Source: Antedon mediterranea
Lineage: Eukaryota > Animalia > Echinodermata
Length of the DNA: 64,000 nt
Direction of reading: 5' to 3'
NCBI RefSeq assembly: GCF_964355755.1
Contig: NC_092680.1
Location: 14,951,045-15,015,044 of the forward strand
In this document: in pieces, positions 48,701 to 58,599 of the stretch
How the letters are laid out: each line of letters begins with the position of its first letter
How positions within the stretch are numbered: position 1 is the stretch's first letter
Made by a program: the position numbers and the translations under genes
Notes under the pieces: model-generated
The model's database searches: none
What the model was told of the DNA's origin: nothing
Seen by the model: only the letters and a program-made list of their open reading frames with translations

Positions 48701-50555
48701 CCTACATAAAAGAATAAAGGAGGCAATGAAATGGCTACAGAAAAATAATCTAAAATTAATTTTTTGTTTTATCTCATTTTACAATAAATAATACTAAAAA
48801 AAATGTGTTTGTGGAGGAATTAGTGATATTTTGAGGGAGGGAATTCCATAAATTAGGTTCAATAAAATGCCATCAATAATGACATATAGATAGAGATAAA
48901 TATAATGTTTTTTGTTTGTTTAGATCATGGAAATATTATGGCACTGGACATGGCTGGCAAAAAACCACACACACGTGCTGTGATAATAGGATTCATCGCT
49001 GTGAAACCAAATGCGCAATACTGTATGTCTCTAGAATACGTAATTACTGGTGATATAACACAAAGAATAAATGTCGTAATGTACAAATCGAATTCTTATT
49101 ATGGACCTGGTGTTTCAAAGCCTCTTAAGAGCATCGTTGGACACAATGACGATGTTTGGAAAAAAGCGTATATTAATATTAATCCAAATGGTAAAAATGT
49201 AACGGTAAGTATACAAATATTTAATTCAATCTTTATTTCCGATCGTCACATGAGAATTATTCATAAGTAGTAAAAGAAAAAAAACAACATTTCCACCACA
49301 CAGCTTATTACAATAAATAATTTGATACAGGACATTTCTTCAGAAAGTCACCTGCATTGGTTAAGTTTGCACTGTAAACTTATAGAAATACAGAACATTG
49401 TAATACTGTAATTCATCTCTCTTCTACTCTTTATTTTCAGTATGGAATTGAAGGTGTTGTCGGTGTAACAGATAAAGGACAGATTGCAATTGACAACATT
49501 AAAATCGATGAAATGTCATGCAGTAGTACGTAAACGTTTATTCCCTTTTCTATCGATAGTTAAAAATAGATATAGATAAAAACCTCGTTTTACCTGAAAT
49601 ATATCATGCATAACTATGTAGGTGGTAGCAGCTACCTCTATAAAGATCATATGACCCATAGGCATATGTCCTTCAAAATTGCCATGATTCTGTCTCGATT
49701 TACTTTCCAATACCGAAATATATTTCAAATTAAAATAAGGTATACTTCCTTCAATAACCTTTTCACATCATAAAAGATATACGGCTTTACCACGTTGAAA
49801 CACCAGTTCTCGTCAGATCACCGAAGTTAAGCAACGTTGGGCCTAGTTAGAGCTTGGATGGGAGACTATCTGGGAATAGCGGGTGCTGTATACGGAGCTG
49901 GGGTCCTGTTAGGCATTAGAAATCAGCACAGCTGATTCTTATGGCAGCCCCTGAATCTAGTATCTGCCTCAGAACTCTGGTTTTGTTTGTATCAAACCTG
50001 TTAGTGGCGGTAGTTATCACTGTTGGTTTCGATTGAATAAAATAAAAAACAAATACATATCCACGTAATATTACCGTCTCACATCTTTGTGTGAAAGAGG
50101 CCCTCCGACTTAACAATATCGTTCGAACCAATGTTTCTTTGTTTTTCCTGGTTTATACGTATAAGTTGTATCAGGAGTTGATTTTATGTTCATGAAATGT
50201 TCAATATCAACGTATACGTGATTAAATTTTTAAACATTTAGTATACAAAACTATTGACATTATAATTATTATGACATGGAGTGTAGAGTCTGCTGTCAAA
50301 AGTAATACAAATTGTATCTAATGTTCAATATATTATCTTTCAGAAATAAAGCCAGAAAAAGAAGAAGAAGGATCAAACTTTGGTATGGGTATAGGTATCG
50401 GCTTTCTTATCTGTGTATTAATTTTTGGCTGTATTTTGGTTGCCGCGTATTTATTCTATAATAGAAGGCAAGGATTACCTCGGTACACAAAAGAATTAAA
50501 TACCAATGCTATCTTTAAAGGTGGCGAACACGATCCTGATATAAACTTTAGTTAA
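32786..50555 (+). CDS. Gene B (complete): ~960-aa type I membrane protein with signal peptide, 5 MAM domains, TM helix and ~31-aa tail
   Basis: 15 exons in frame (2883 nt): 32786-32987,34998-35248,36930-37014(alt donor 37008),37380-37547,38142-38410,39437-39524,40290-40463,41082-41350,43076-43163,43900-44070,46092-46387,47720-47963,48924-49204,49441-49525,50344-50555(TAA). Confidence 0.9.
34998..35248 (+). CDS. Gene B exon 2, MAM1 middle
   Basis: GRYAFM..LYSPEL..CMSFYY..GVYK|gtaggt. Confidence 0.88.
36083..36392. mobile_element. Non-autonomous element with ~160-bp hairpin (possibly Crypton-like)
   Basis: Inverted arms 36083-36244 centred on gaggcaaagccgag; right part has an inverted copy at 6931-7025. 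Class is a guess. Confidence 0.6.
36930..37014 (+). CDS. Gene B exon 3, MAM1 C-terminal
   Basis: LAFKGHQTTTSQGISIDDVNVTTTEC; donor after 37014 (gtcagt) or 37008 (gtaaac). Confidence 0.8.
37380..37547 (+). CDS. Gene B exon 4, MAM2 N-terminal
   Basis: IRCDFESFEICGYKQD..TGPSKDHT..FG|gtatgt. Confidence 0.9.
38142..38410 (+). CDS. Gene B exon 5, MAM2 middle
   Basis: GFYMYLETS..ARLISP..CLEFWYNMHG..SFY|gtaagt. Confidence 0.9.
38446..38779. mobile_element. PIF/Harbinger-like MITE, family 1 relative
   Basis: taa|AGCCTGGTTCCCAC..GTGGGAACCAAGCT|tta. Confidence 0.8.
39437..39524 (+). CDS. Gene B exon 6, MAM2 C-terminal
   Basis: VVFEAVRGEGDYGDIALDDVFIHEGKCPE|gtaaga. Confidence 0.9.
40290..40463 (+). 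CDS. Gene B exon 7, Pro/Thr linker and MAM3 N-terminal
   Basis: PTPAPPRP..SCTFEVDMCNYTQ..DHTLGTDKG|gtatgc. Confidence 0.9.
41082..41350 (+). CDS. Gene B exon 8, MAM3 middle
   Basis: GAFVNI..ARLVTP..MCLRFYFY..SDFY|gtaaga. Confidence 0.88.
41444..42053. mobile_element. Degenerate foldback/MITE with ~180-bp inverted arms
   Basis: attgatattttcatattg / caatatgaaaatatcaat; ttaacggattct / agaatccgttaa; aattcagca..gacaatgtcag / ctgacgttgtc..tgctgaatt. Confidence 0.65.
42730..42846 (+). mobile_element. Fragment of a Helentron/HINE-like element with (GACCGACA)n microsatellite
   Basis: cggaccgacagacagaccgacagaccgac..aaagtaaactatagag; class inferred from layout. Confidence 0.45.
43076..43163 (+). CDS. 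Gene B exon 9, MAM3 C-terminal
   Basis: IMFVGTKGSSTYPNIALDDVSTTSGVCKV|gtaagt. Confidence 0.88.
43900..44070 (+). CDS. Gene B exon 10, MAM4 N-terminal
   Basis: ADCDFEKNMTVCGYEQD..TGPAIDHTKGDASG|gtaata. Confidence 0.9.
44790..45240 (+). mobile_element. Penelope-like element 3' end / pseudo-LTR in a gene B intron, between (TA)n tracts
   Basis: Encodes EYKTTKPFGLNIRNILPDR-stop (T..P.GLN terminus of PLE GIY-YIG ORFs), then 3' UTR with hammerhead. Confidence 0.8.
45072..45113 (+). ncRNA. Minimal type I hammerhead ribozyme (identical to 24312-24353)
   Basis: CTGATGA 45077-45083, stem II GGGC/GCCC, GAAA 45100-45103, AGCT palindrome, CTC site. Confidence 0.8.
45257..45762 (+). mobile_element. Partial tandem of the tRNA-like cassette with (TA)n tails
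   Basis: 45257-45370 equals 45610-45722; long (TA)n at 45721-45762. Confidence 0.8.
45539..45610 (+). tRNA. Repeat-borne tRNA-like sequence, anticodon ATC (45572-45574)
   Basis: Acceptor GCCCCAG/TTGGGGC, D arm GTCT/GGAC, anticodon arm TCTGC-ATATCAA-GCAGG, T arm CCGAG-TTCGAGT-CTCGG; TTTTT terminator after 2 nt. Confidence 0.65.
46092..46387 (+). CDS. Gene B exon 11, MAM4 middle
   Basis: GHYIYIETS..ICLHFWYHMKG..LSFK|gtaatt. Confidence 0.9.
47430..47705 (+). mobile_element. Degenerate tRNA-derived SINE (CORE/Meta-like body, L2-type tail)
   Basis: caagacacttt..ctctctcaaaccagatgtaaaaatgggtatctgg body; gagcgctatatagaa..(gatta)n tail. Confidence 0.55.
47720..47963 (+). CDS. Gene B exon 12, fused MAM4 C-terminus, linker and MAM5 N-terminus
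   Basis: VSFEAIVGDGHEGDIAIDDI..SC..PEEPP..SCDFESGLEKCGM..YIK|gtaaga. Confidence 0.9.
48350..48530 (+). mobile_element. Possible RTE-like LINE 3' remnant
   Basis: LETMKDVDYFRKLVNKRKKWRNLV resembles the A.DR..WR terminus of RTE ORFs; A-rich tail follows. Confidence 0.4.
48924..49204 (+). CDS. Gene B exon 13, MAM5 middle
   Basis: NIMALD..YCMSLEY..VWKKAYINI..NVT|gtaagt. Confidence 0.85.
49441..49525 (+). CDS. Gene B exon 14, MAM5 C-terminal
   Basis: YGIEGVVGVTDKGQIAIDNIKIDEMSCS|gtacgt. Confidence 0.85.
49777..49974 (+). mobile_element. 5S rRNA-derived SINE (SINE3-type) / 5S pseudogene
   Basis: 49777-~49893 is a near full-length 5S-like sequence with substitutions and no T-run terminator; downstream body shared with 14244-14429. 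Confidence 0.85.
50344..50555 (+). CDS. Gene B last exon: TM helix and tail
   Basis: ..FGMGIGIGFLICVLIFGCILVAAYLFYNRR..DPDINFS-TAA. Confidence 0.88.
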
Positions 50556-51469
50556 TGATGTTTGTTTTTATTACTTTTTTTAATAACATAAACAAGTTCT
50601 TATTAATTAAGGATGAGACTAGTAAGGGCTCAGTTATTTACCCGGTAAAGTTGGTTTATGGTCCCCAGTTAATCTTTACCATTGATGGGTAGGATAAGAA
50701 ACTATGCCTGGCTGGGGCCTAAACAAAATGAATAAAAACTACAATAAATTTGCAAAATACTTCCACATAAATGACACTGTTATGTTGATACGATCGTGGA
50801 GTATAATGGTATTTGTAAGTTAAAACAATTTCGAATCAGTGTTCACGACATTGTATTTTTATTCATTGAAACCAAATAATATTAAAATAGGGAATAAAAA
50901 TAAGAAACACCGAGTCTGTTTACACGGTCAGAACCAATGCTAAATCCAAACCATCCGATGAAAATAATAAATAGAATAATACTCAGTACTTAGTTATAAC
51001 ATGGCGTTGTCAACAATACTGTTAAACATGATCGATAATGACCTCACATGAGCCTAAATGTAGCAACGTGTATTATTATAAACATTCCAAAGCATAAGAA
51101 ACTGCAGAACATGTCTGCGCTTTAAAAAAAGAAGATATAACTAGTTGGTGTTTTTTTTCTGTACACAGAAACAATTATACAATATTAAAAATCAACAAAT
51201 ATTTTTTGTAATTAAGTATTTTTATTTCATAGCGTATTTTTTTCAACTATGACTATACAATGTCTTCATCCTATACTAGAATAACATGATACGCAGTATA
51301 TTTTATGAATAAAATATAAACTTTTCAAACATAATTCATCATAGCTGGAATAAAAAAAAAACTATATTGAATACAGTACGTATAATTTTACATTGTATTA
51401 CTTGCTAATATATTTGGAAAAAAGACATAAGGTAGTGAATAATAAAGTGTACCATAAACAGAACTGGAT

Positions 51470-52123
51470 AAATATGTGTCTATTTTATTTCTAACGAGAA
51501 TTACCTACATTAAAACGATTTACCAAACATTTTTATATTTTTATCAAACCTTACCAAGCGTGAAGCCGATCTTTTTTTTAAAGACGACGACATGTGTAAG
51601 GACAAAGAAAGCTTTTTAACAGAAGAAAAAATCTACTTCGAACTGTGCGAACTAATTAATGGCGAAAACCTTATTGGAATACAACGAATAAGAAACCTCC
51701 TGAGGATTTACTTAAGTAGTCATGAAGACAGGGTAAAGGTTATTTTAACGGGAATTAACATAAACTCTAAACACGTAATTCTATATGATTCAAATCCATA
51801 TCTCCCATCGAACAACAGTATTTAATAAAAGACGTCCCGATCTCTGTTACAATGATGAATTTGTTTCAATGGGAAACTACCATTTAAAGACAGTCTACCA
51901 CGATTAACAAAAATCAATGGATGTAAAGCGAAGCAGATAGAAGTAACAAATAATGTTTCAACTGTAATGAAGATGATCGCAAAGCGAATCAATGCCCAAA
52001 AATGTTCAACTTACGTGCAAAAAATGCAGAAATGATGGGCACAATGAAAAATTCTGTACTTATTCAATTCAATATTCATAAGCCAAAATTATGAAAGTTA
52101 AAACTTCTACAACTAAGGACTAA

Positions 52124-52157
<34 letters not shown>

Positions 52158-53456
52158 CGTGGCACCAAATCCGAAGCAAAGAACAATAGTCAAGAACACA
52201 ATCAAGAACAAGAACAGAAACCTTCAAAGACTTCCGACGAACAAGTTACTCAAAATTATACAGCCGCCCGTCATCTAGTTCTGTGAAACCCCCCCACCCC
52301 CCCCCCCCCAAAAAAGAAAACGTCTTCTTAAGGTTAAGCAAGTTAAGATAAGCTCTATTTCTTGTAATTGTTTTTGACTTAGATTGCCCGATTACACAAT
52401 TATAAAAAAAAGAGTAGGCATACATTTTATTAAAAAAAAAATGAAAAGAAAATAAAAAAATAAAGCCCTGCATTTAATATCATTAAATTCCAGAGGTATG
52501 TAAGAAAATTATAAAAAAAAAAAAAGTGTTTAAATACTGTAAAGAGCAAAAAGCTGTATAAAATTTTGTATTTTAGAGAAAAATCAAAATTCTAAAAATG
52601 TAATGTGGAAAGGCGAAACCTATCACAGTTTCGGTACCGGTACAACAAAGAGTAGAGGTGTCTCTATCCTATCAAAAGCAGGATTTGATTTAAATGACAT
52701 AAAGTACAAATATGTAGCCGAGGAAGGTAGACTTCTCATTATAAGTATAAATCATAATAACACCGTTATTACCTTTATAAATGTTTACGCCCTAAACAAT
52801 TGATACTGTACCGTAGCTAATGAATATGTATTAATATGGTGATATGAATTGTATACTAGATAAAAAAGTAAATTTTAGAATAAATAGTGTAAGTCGCTAT
52901 GATAATTCACCACTAATACTACAAAAATGTATGAACAAGTTTCACTTGATGGATATATGGAGATGATACCATAAAGATAAATCCCAATTCACTTGGAGAA
53001 GAAAGAATACATACAGACCTTTAGAAGTCTAGCGCCCTCACTAGAAACGGCGACATATAAATAACTACGGATATTAGACCTTGTATATTCTCTGATCACC
53101 AGGCTATATCCCTATAAATTTTAAATGATCAGAAAGAAAGAGGACCGGGATTTTGGAAATTAAACAATAGTGTTTTGAATGACGAAATATACGCGCTAAA
53201 CATGATAAGTAAGCCTATCATTGCAAAAAAACCCCCGAAAAAATGAATATAATTTGAAACCAGACAGTCTATGGAAATACTTAAAAGTTAAAATAAAAGA
53301 ATTCACATGTAAATACTGTTCTAAAAAGAAAAAAATTAGAAATATTAATAAAACGAAATTCATTGAAAAAGTTAACGAACTGACAACAACCTGAATTTAA
53401 CTTATAATCAAGAAACAGAATGTCAATTAAAAAAAATTTAAAATAACTTGACGACA
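51470..53456 (+). mobile_element. Decayed L1/Tx1-clade LINE, 5' part (ORF1 with zinc knuckles, APE endonuclease)
   Basis: GIQRIRNLLRIYL..LYDSNPY; CKKCRNDGHNEKFC (CCHC) ~52016; SRGVSIL, GRLLII, INVYA, FTWRR, SDHQAI, RGPGFWKLNNSVL; many frameshifts. 5' limit approximate. Confidence 0.85.
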
Positions 53457-53469
53457 CACAGCAAAATTT

Positions 53470-55020
53470 GAAATTCTAAGCAAGAAAAAAAAATCTTGTT
53501 TTAAGAAAAAATTCTTAAAATAAGTATTTTTTTTCTTGTCAAGATTTAAAATTACTTAAAACAAGAAATAATTTTCTAGAAAAGACACATTTTCTTAAAT
53601 TAAGTTTTGCAATATTCTTGAAAATGCTTATTACAAGAAATATTTTACTTAAAATAAGAAGTCAATATCATTCTCTTCTTATTAAGAATAGTTTTGCTTA
53701 AAACAAGATTTGAAAATACTTAATTTGAAAAGTATTTTACTTAAAATAAGAAATCTATATTATATTTATCCCTATCAAGAATAATTTTTCTTAAATCAAG
53801 ATTGATGAATTATAAAAATTACTTAAAACAATCAATATTTTTCTAGGTAAGACAAAGTTTCTTAAATTAGGTTTCGCAATAGTCTTGAAAATACTTGTTT
53901 TGAGAAATATTTTACTTAAAATAAGAAGTCAATTTCACACTACCCTTATCAAGATTATTTTTACTTGAATCAAGATTCGCAATATTCTTGAAAATGCTTA
54001 TTACAAGAAATATTTTACTTAAAATAAGAAGTCAATATCATTCTCTTCTTATTAAGAATAGTTTTGCTTAAAACAAGATTTGAAAATACTTAATTTGAAA
54101 AGTATTTTACTTAAAATAAGAAATAAATATTATATTTATCCCTATCAAGAATAATTTTTCTTAAATCAAGATTGATGAATTCTAAAAATTACTTAAAACA
54201 ATAAATATTTTTCTAGGTAAGACAAAGTTTCTTAAATTAGGTTTCGCAATATTCTTAAAAATACTTATTTTGAGAAATGTTTTACTTAAAATAAGAAGTC
54301 AATATCATACTATCTTATCAAGACTATTTTTGCTTAAATTGAGATTCGCAATATTTTTAAAAATACTTATTTTGAGAAATGTTTTACTTAAAATAAGAAG
54401 TCAATATCATACTATCTTATCAAGACTATTTTTACTTGAATCAAGATTCGCAATATTCTTAAAAATACTTATTTCGAGAAATGTTTTACTTAAAATAAGA
54501 AGTCAATATCATACTATCTTATCAAGACTATTTTTGCTTAAATTGAGATTCGCAATATTTTAAAAAATACTTATTTTGAAAAATGTTTTACTTAAAATAA
54601 GAAGTCAATATCATACTATCCTATCAAGACTATTTTTGCTTGAATTCAGATTCGCAATATTCTGATTTTGAGAAATGTTTTACTTAAAATAAGAAGTCAA
54701 TATCATACTATCTTATCAAGACTATTTTTACTTGAATCAAGATTCGCAATATTCTTTAAAATACTTATTTTGAGAAATGTTTTACTTAAAATAAGAAGTC
54801 AATATCATACTATCTTATCAAGACTATTTTTGCTTAAATTGAGATTCGCAATATTTTTAAAAATACTTATTTTGAGAAATGTTTTACTTAAGATAAGAAG
54901 TCAATATCATACTATATCCTATCAAGACTATTTTTGCTTGAATTGAAGTCAATTCTATTTTAATATTCTTAAAAATACTTATTTTGAGAAATGTTTTACT
55001 TAAAATAGATTGTCAATATC
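53470..55020. repeat. Left subterminal tandem array of the EnSpm element (~102-bp unit from 54240 on; longer higher-order units before)
   Basis: Unit ttgagaaatgttttacttaaaataagaagtcaatatcatactatcttatcaagact..; 34-aa periodicity in spurious ORFs. Confidence 0.9.
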
Positions 55021-55029
55021 CTTATATTC

Positions 55030-55990
55030 ACACAACGGTAGAGCAGTTAGCACTTCAGTTTCAACTGATGAAAGAATCTGGGTAATCAAACTGTTTGTGC
55101 TTTGAATAATCGATTGCACTGCAACCTAAAGAAAATAATATTGATTTAATATTTTTTATATTCAAGTTTTAATATGTTTAAAAACTAAGTTGTGCTTTAG
55201 TTGGGGAGCTATGCAGCCTAACAAAAAAAATGTTATTTGTAACAATGAAATTGGTCACAAAAAAATGCAACATAAACTTAGAGTGTATAATGCCTAGGCC
55301 TAGGCCTAGTACCCAAGTCCTATAGTCACTATAGCTAATAGTCCTGTATAATAACAGTACCAGCAAGGCCTAGGAAATAGACGTATTTCTCTAATAAAAA
55401 ATAGTTTAAAATGCATAATTGTTGTAATTTTAAAGCAAAATGGCTTACCTGTGGAATCTTGTTTCTCTCCTTTAATTTTAGTAGAAAGAAATCAGCATTT
55501 TTTATACTATTATCTGCTTGTTCATCCTCTAGTTAGTAGGCCTTCTTGCTGAGCATCAACAAGATAATTAATATTAAACAATCATTAACAGTATAACAAT
55601 ACTAGAATTATCACTACTACTATCGTCAGTTGATAAATCATCCCCGTTATAATAGTTTTTTTCTTCATTAACTTCGTCAGTCTCCTAGTCTAGGCCTAGT
55701 TCTACTTCATCCTCAATTGGCATCCTCGTTTTCTCCAGGCATACTTATATACTGATGTTTCCATCGTCAACTGCAGGAGGTTGCCGATTGTTATACTCGT
55801 CCTTAAAATGGCGTCTTATGACATGCTTGTAAAACGAATTGTAAATTCCAAGGCTTGCCGGGCAGCGAACCACCAATTCCACATGTTACTCGAAAATTCG
55901 GAGTATTTCCATGAATTGAATTATAATGCCTTAGCAAATAGGGTAGCAAATACTGTACCTACTTCAGTTTACTGGCACCAACTTATCGCT
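55030..55990 (-). pseudogene. EnSpm-type transposase N-terminal relic (C2H2 fingers, acidic linker, FLLKLKE..KIPQ); rest deleted
   Basis: YLLRHYNSIHGNTPNFRVTCGIGG, frameshift, CPASLGIYNSFYKHVIRRH; FFLLKLKERNKIPQ|gtaagc at 55449; next exon ag|VAVQSIIQSTNSLITQILSSV from 55125. Confidence 0.7.
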
Positions 55991-56344
55991 TTTTTTCGGA
56001 CTGCAACAAACATGTGTCATTATTATTGTCTGTCGTATTACTGTTGGTCCAGACGTTTTATAGATTTGCTTTAACCACCATGGAGGTTTATACCTCCATG
56101 CTTTAACGTTGAGCAGTATAATGACCTTATACATTCTGGGTAAAAGGCCAGCGATAAATTTTTGGTTATAGTTGAAAAACAACACTGTGTGTGGTCGATG
56201 ACCTACTGTAGCTCCCGGCGGGATCATGGCCAACGGTTTTTTAAAGTAATCATTCAAAATCTAGATTTTGTAAGTAAAAGACACCTTTCATCGCAATTTA
56301 TATATTAAATGCTTCAATAGGCCTAGTAAGATTAGTCTAATATA

Positions 56345-58394
56345 ATGTCGAAGGAAGACGCTTTGTTGAAGATCCGAGAAATAGATGAAGAAGTGGCCAA
56401 CATTTTAACAGGTTCGTAGGCCTAATAATTATATTTTAATCTGCCAGCAGTCTAGGCCTAGCCTAGGCTCCTTCCTAGTTAGTAATAGTACTGTAGGCCT
56501 GGAACTAGTAGGTCTAGGCTAGCCTACTATGCCTGTACTGACGGACAGGTGTATAGGTTTAGCTTAGCATTTTAGTTCAGACATTGAAAGAGGGGACAAA
56601 TATTGTCGGACCTATTTCAGCTAGGTATAAGGAAGGCCTAATAATAGATAATACAATTATAATGTAACAGTTATTTTGTAATGTAGCCATGAAATATCTA
56701 CGAAGGATTTTACTGTATTATATACACATATTCCAATGAGAAATATAATGACATTTAAAAACACTTCTTTATATTTAATTAATTGTACACACTAAGTAAT
56801 CCCCGAAGTGATCACATCGATATTGAAACTTTATGTTTTTAACTCTAAATTTAAAAAAAACATACTAAAAAAACAAACAAAAAACATACGTACTGCATAA
56901 CTAAAATTGTTATATTAAATTTCTTTAAAAAAAAATGTGTTATTTACAATATCTTAAATTATTTGTTAGGTAATTGAAGAAGTTCGAAGGATACTAATTA
57001 TTACTAGGCAAAGAGGAATGAAATACAGTTTATTTTGGTATTTTAAAGAGAAACACCAGTCCTCCATCTGGTAAGTACAGTGTATGTTTTTGTACTTTTA
57101 TCTATTCATAAATAGTTTTATAATGGACCAATGGTAGTGAGGAAAATACGTGTACATATTGTGTACGTATTTTTAACAGCTTGGTTCGACTCAAGCTAGT
57201 GTCATGCACTCCTCCCTTTGACAACTAAAATTAAATAAATGACTTATGAATATTAATTTTTGACATATTAATGCTCTCCTGGCCAGCCCACCCTTTCCCC
57301 TTCCTTTTACATTGACCACCTACAAAACTGTAGGCTACATTATTAAAAATTTGAGCTACAGTATATCAAGTTTATGTCCATACATTATTCCACTCATTTA
57401 AATAAATTTATATAATATAATGTTTTCAATTTGTTATTTTTGGTTAGGTTCAAAGATAACCCATATGTTGTCAAATCTGTCAAACATATTTGTTGGGAAA
57501 AACTCATCAAAAAAAGTCTGCCGACCTTGAAGGTATTTAGTGTTTTTTAAAATTTAAAATACAAGTAACATTATGTACATTAAAAAAAAATCAAATTTAT
57601 CTTAGCTTAAAATTCGAGGTATATATGCCTACTATGTTTACAATAATTTATTAAAATCAAACAATTAAACAAAATTTACATTTAATTGTATGATTGTTAT
57701 TATAAACATTGATACGGAATAAAAACATCAATCAGGATTGAGCACCATTTTGCGTATTGTCTTCCTAAATAGTAATATTAAAAATAAATTTAGACCCTAA
57801 TAATTTAACTAAAAATAATAGATACAGCCAGGCCTGTCTTTGGGATCGGTATAAACAGGGCAAAGTTTGTGATTAAAAAGTTCAAATGCATATTCCACCC
57901 ACCCTTATGTCTTATAATGTAAAATTATTCTTACCACCGTTCTAATATTGCGTCATGTTTTTGTGTTTACCGCCCCAGATATAGGACTCTAAAACCACAC
58001 CGTACCCAATTAGTTGATGATGTTACACATATTTTAAATACAGTAATAACTAAAACTATATTAATCTCTTTTCATTTTTAGGAACATGAATAAAGATCCA
58101 GAATCCTGGTCTTCACGCCGATCAGGTAATATGCCGGTATTGCTTTTGGACACAGAAATGGCCTACATTAAAGTTTAGCAAACAATTCTAACTACAAAGA
58201 AAGCAAAATTAGATGAGGCTCTAGTTACTCTCCTCTCCACTTTTTACCTTCTGGATTTCGATTATCCAAAATGAAAAGAAGTAGGCCTCACTATCCTTTA
58301 ACAGTTAGTGATTTGTGATGAAAACACACCTGTACACTTGACAAAGGCTGTTGAATCATCATTAGTATACATTAATAAATTTAAAGACACCTAA
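56345..58394 (+). pseudogene. Spliced accessory gene relic of the EnSpm element
   Basis: Exon-like pieces 56345-56411, 56970-57070, 57448-57532, 58082-58394; last reads ..EALVTLLSTFYLLDFDYPK*KEVGLTIL*QL.. with stops, resembling the recalled SAMD3-like C-terminal motif of animal EnSpm accessory ORFs. Confidence 0.5.
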
Positions 58395-58599
58395 TAGTTT
58401 AAAGCCCAGGTGCGGGAGAAGAATTTTACGAAATTTGTATTTTACCATTTTAATGTTTTTAAGTTTTCTTTTGATGGCATTTTATTATTAATAAAAACAA
58501 GTTTGTTTTAAAGAAGTTGTATATATTATTGTACCTAATGTCATGTAAATTGTAGTTCTTAATGAAAATAACAGTATTGTTAATATTATGTTTTATAAC

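Noticed and set aside
49777-49893. Functional 5S rRNA gene
   Set aside because: Multiple substitutions, no oligo-T terminator, solitary intronic location and a shared downstream body point to a SINE or pseudogene.
414-50555. Assigning the symbol MALRD1, MAMDC2 or MAMDC4, or merging genes A and B
   Set aside because: No LDLa modules seen and orthology cannot be shown here. Gene A ends with TM and stop, and gene B has its own signal peptide.
54270-54946. ORFs with 34-aa repeats
   Set aside because: Translation of the 102-bp subterminal repeat of the EnSpm element.
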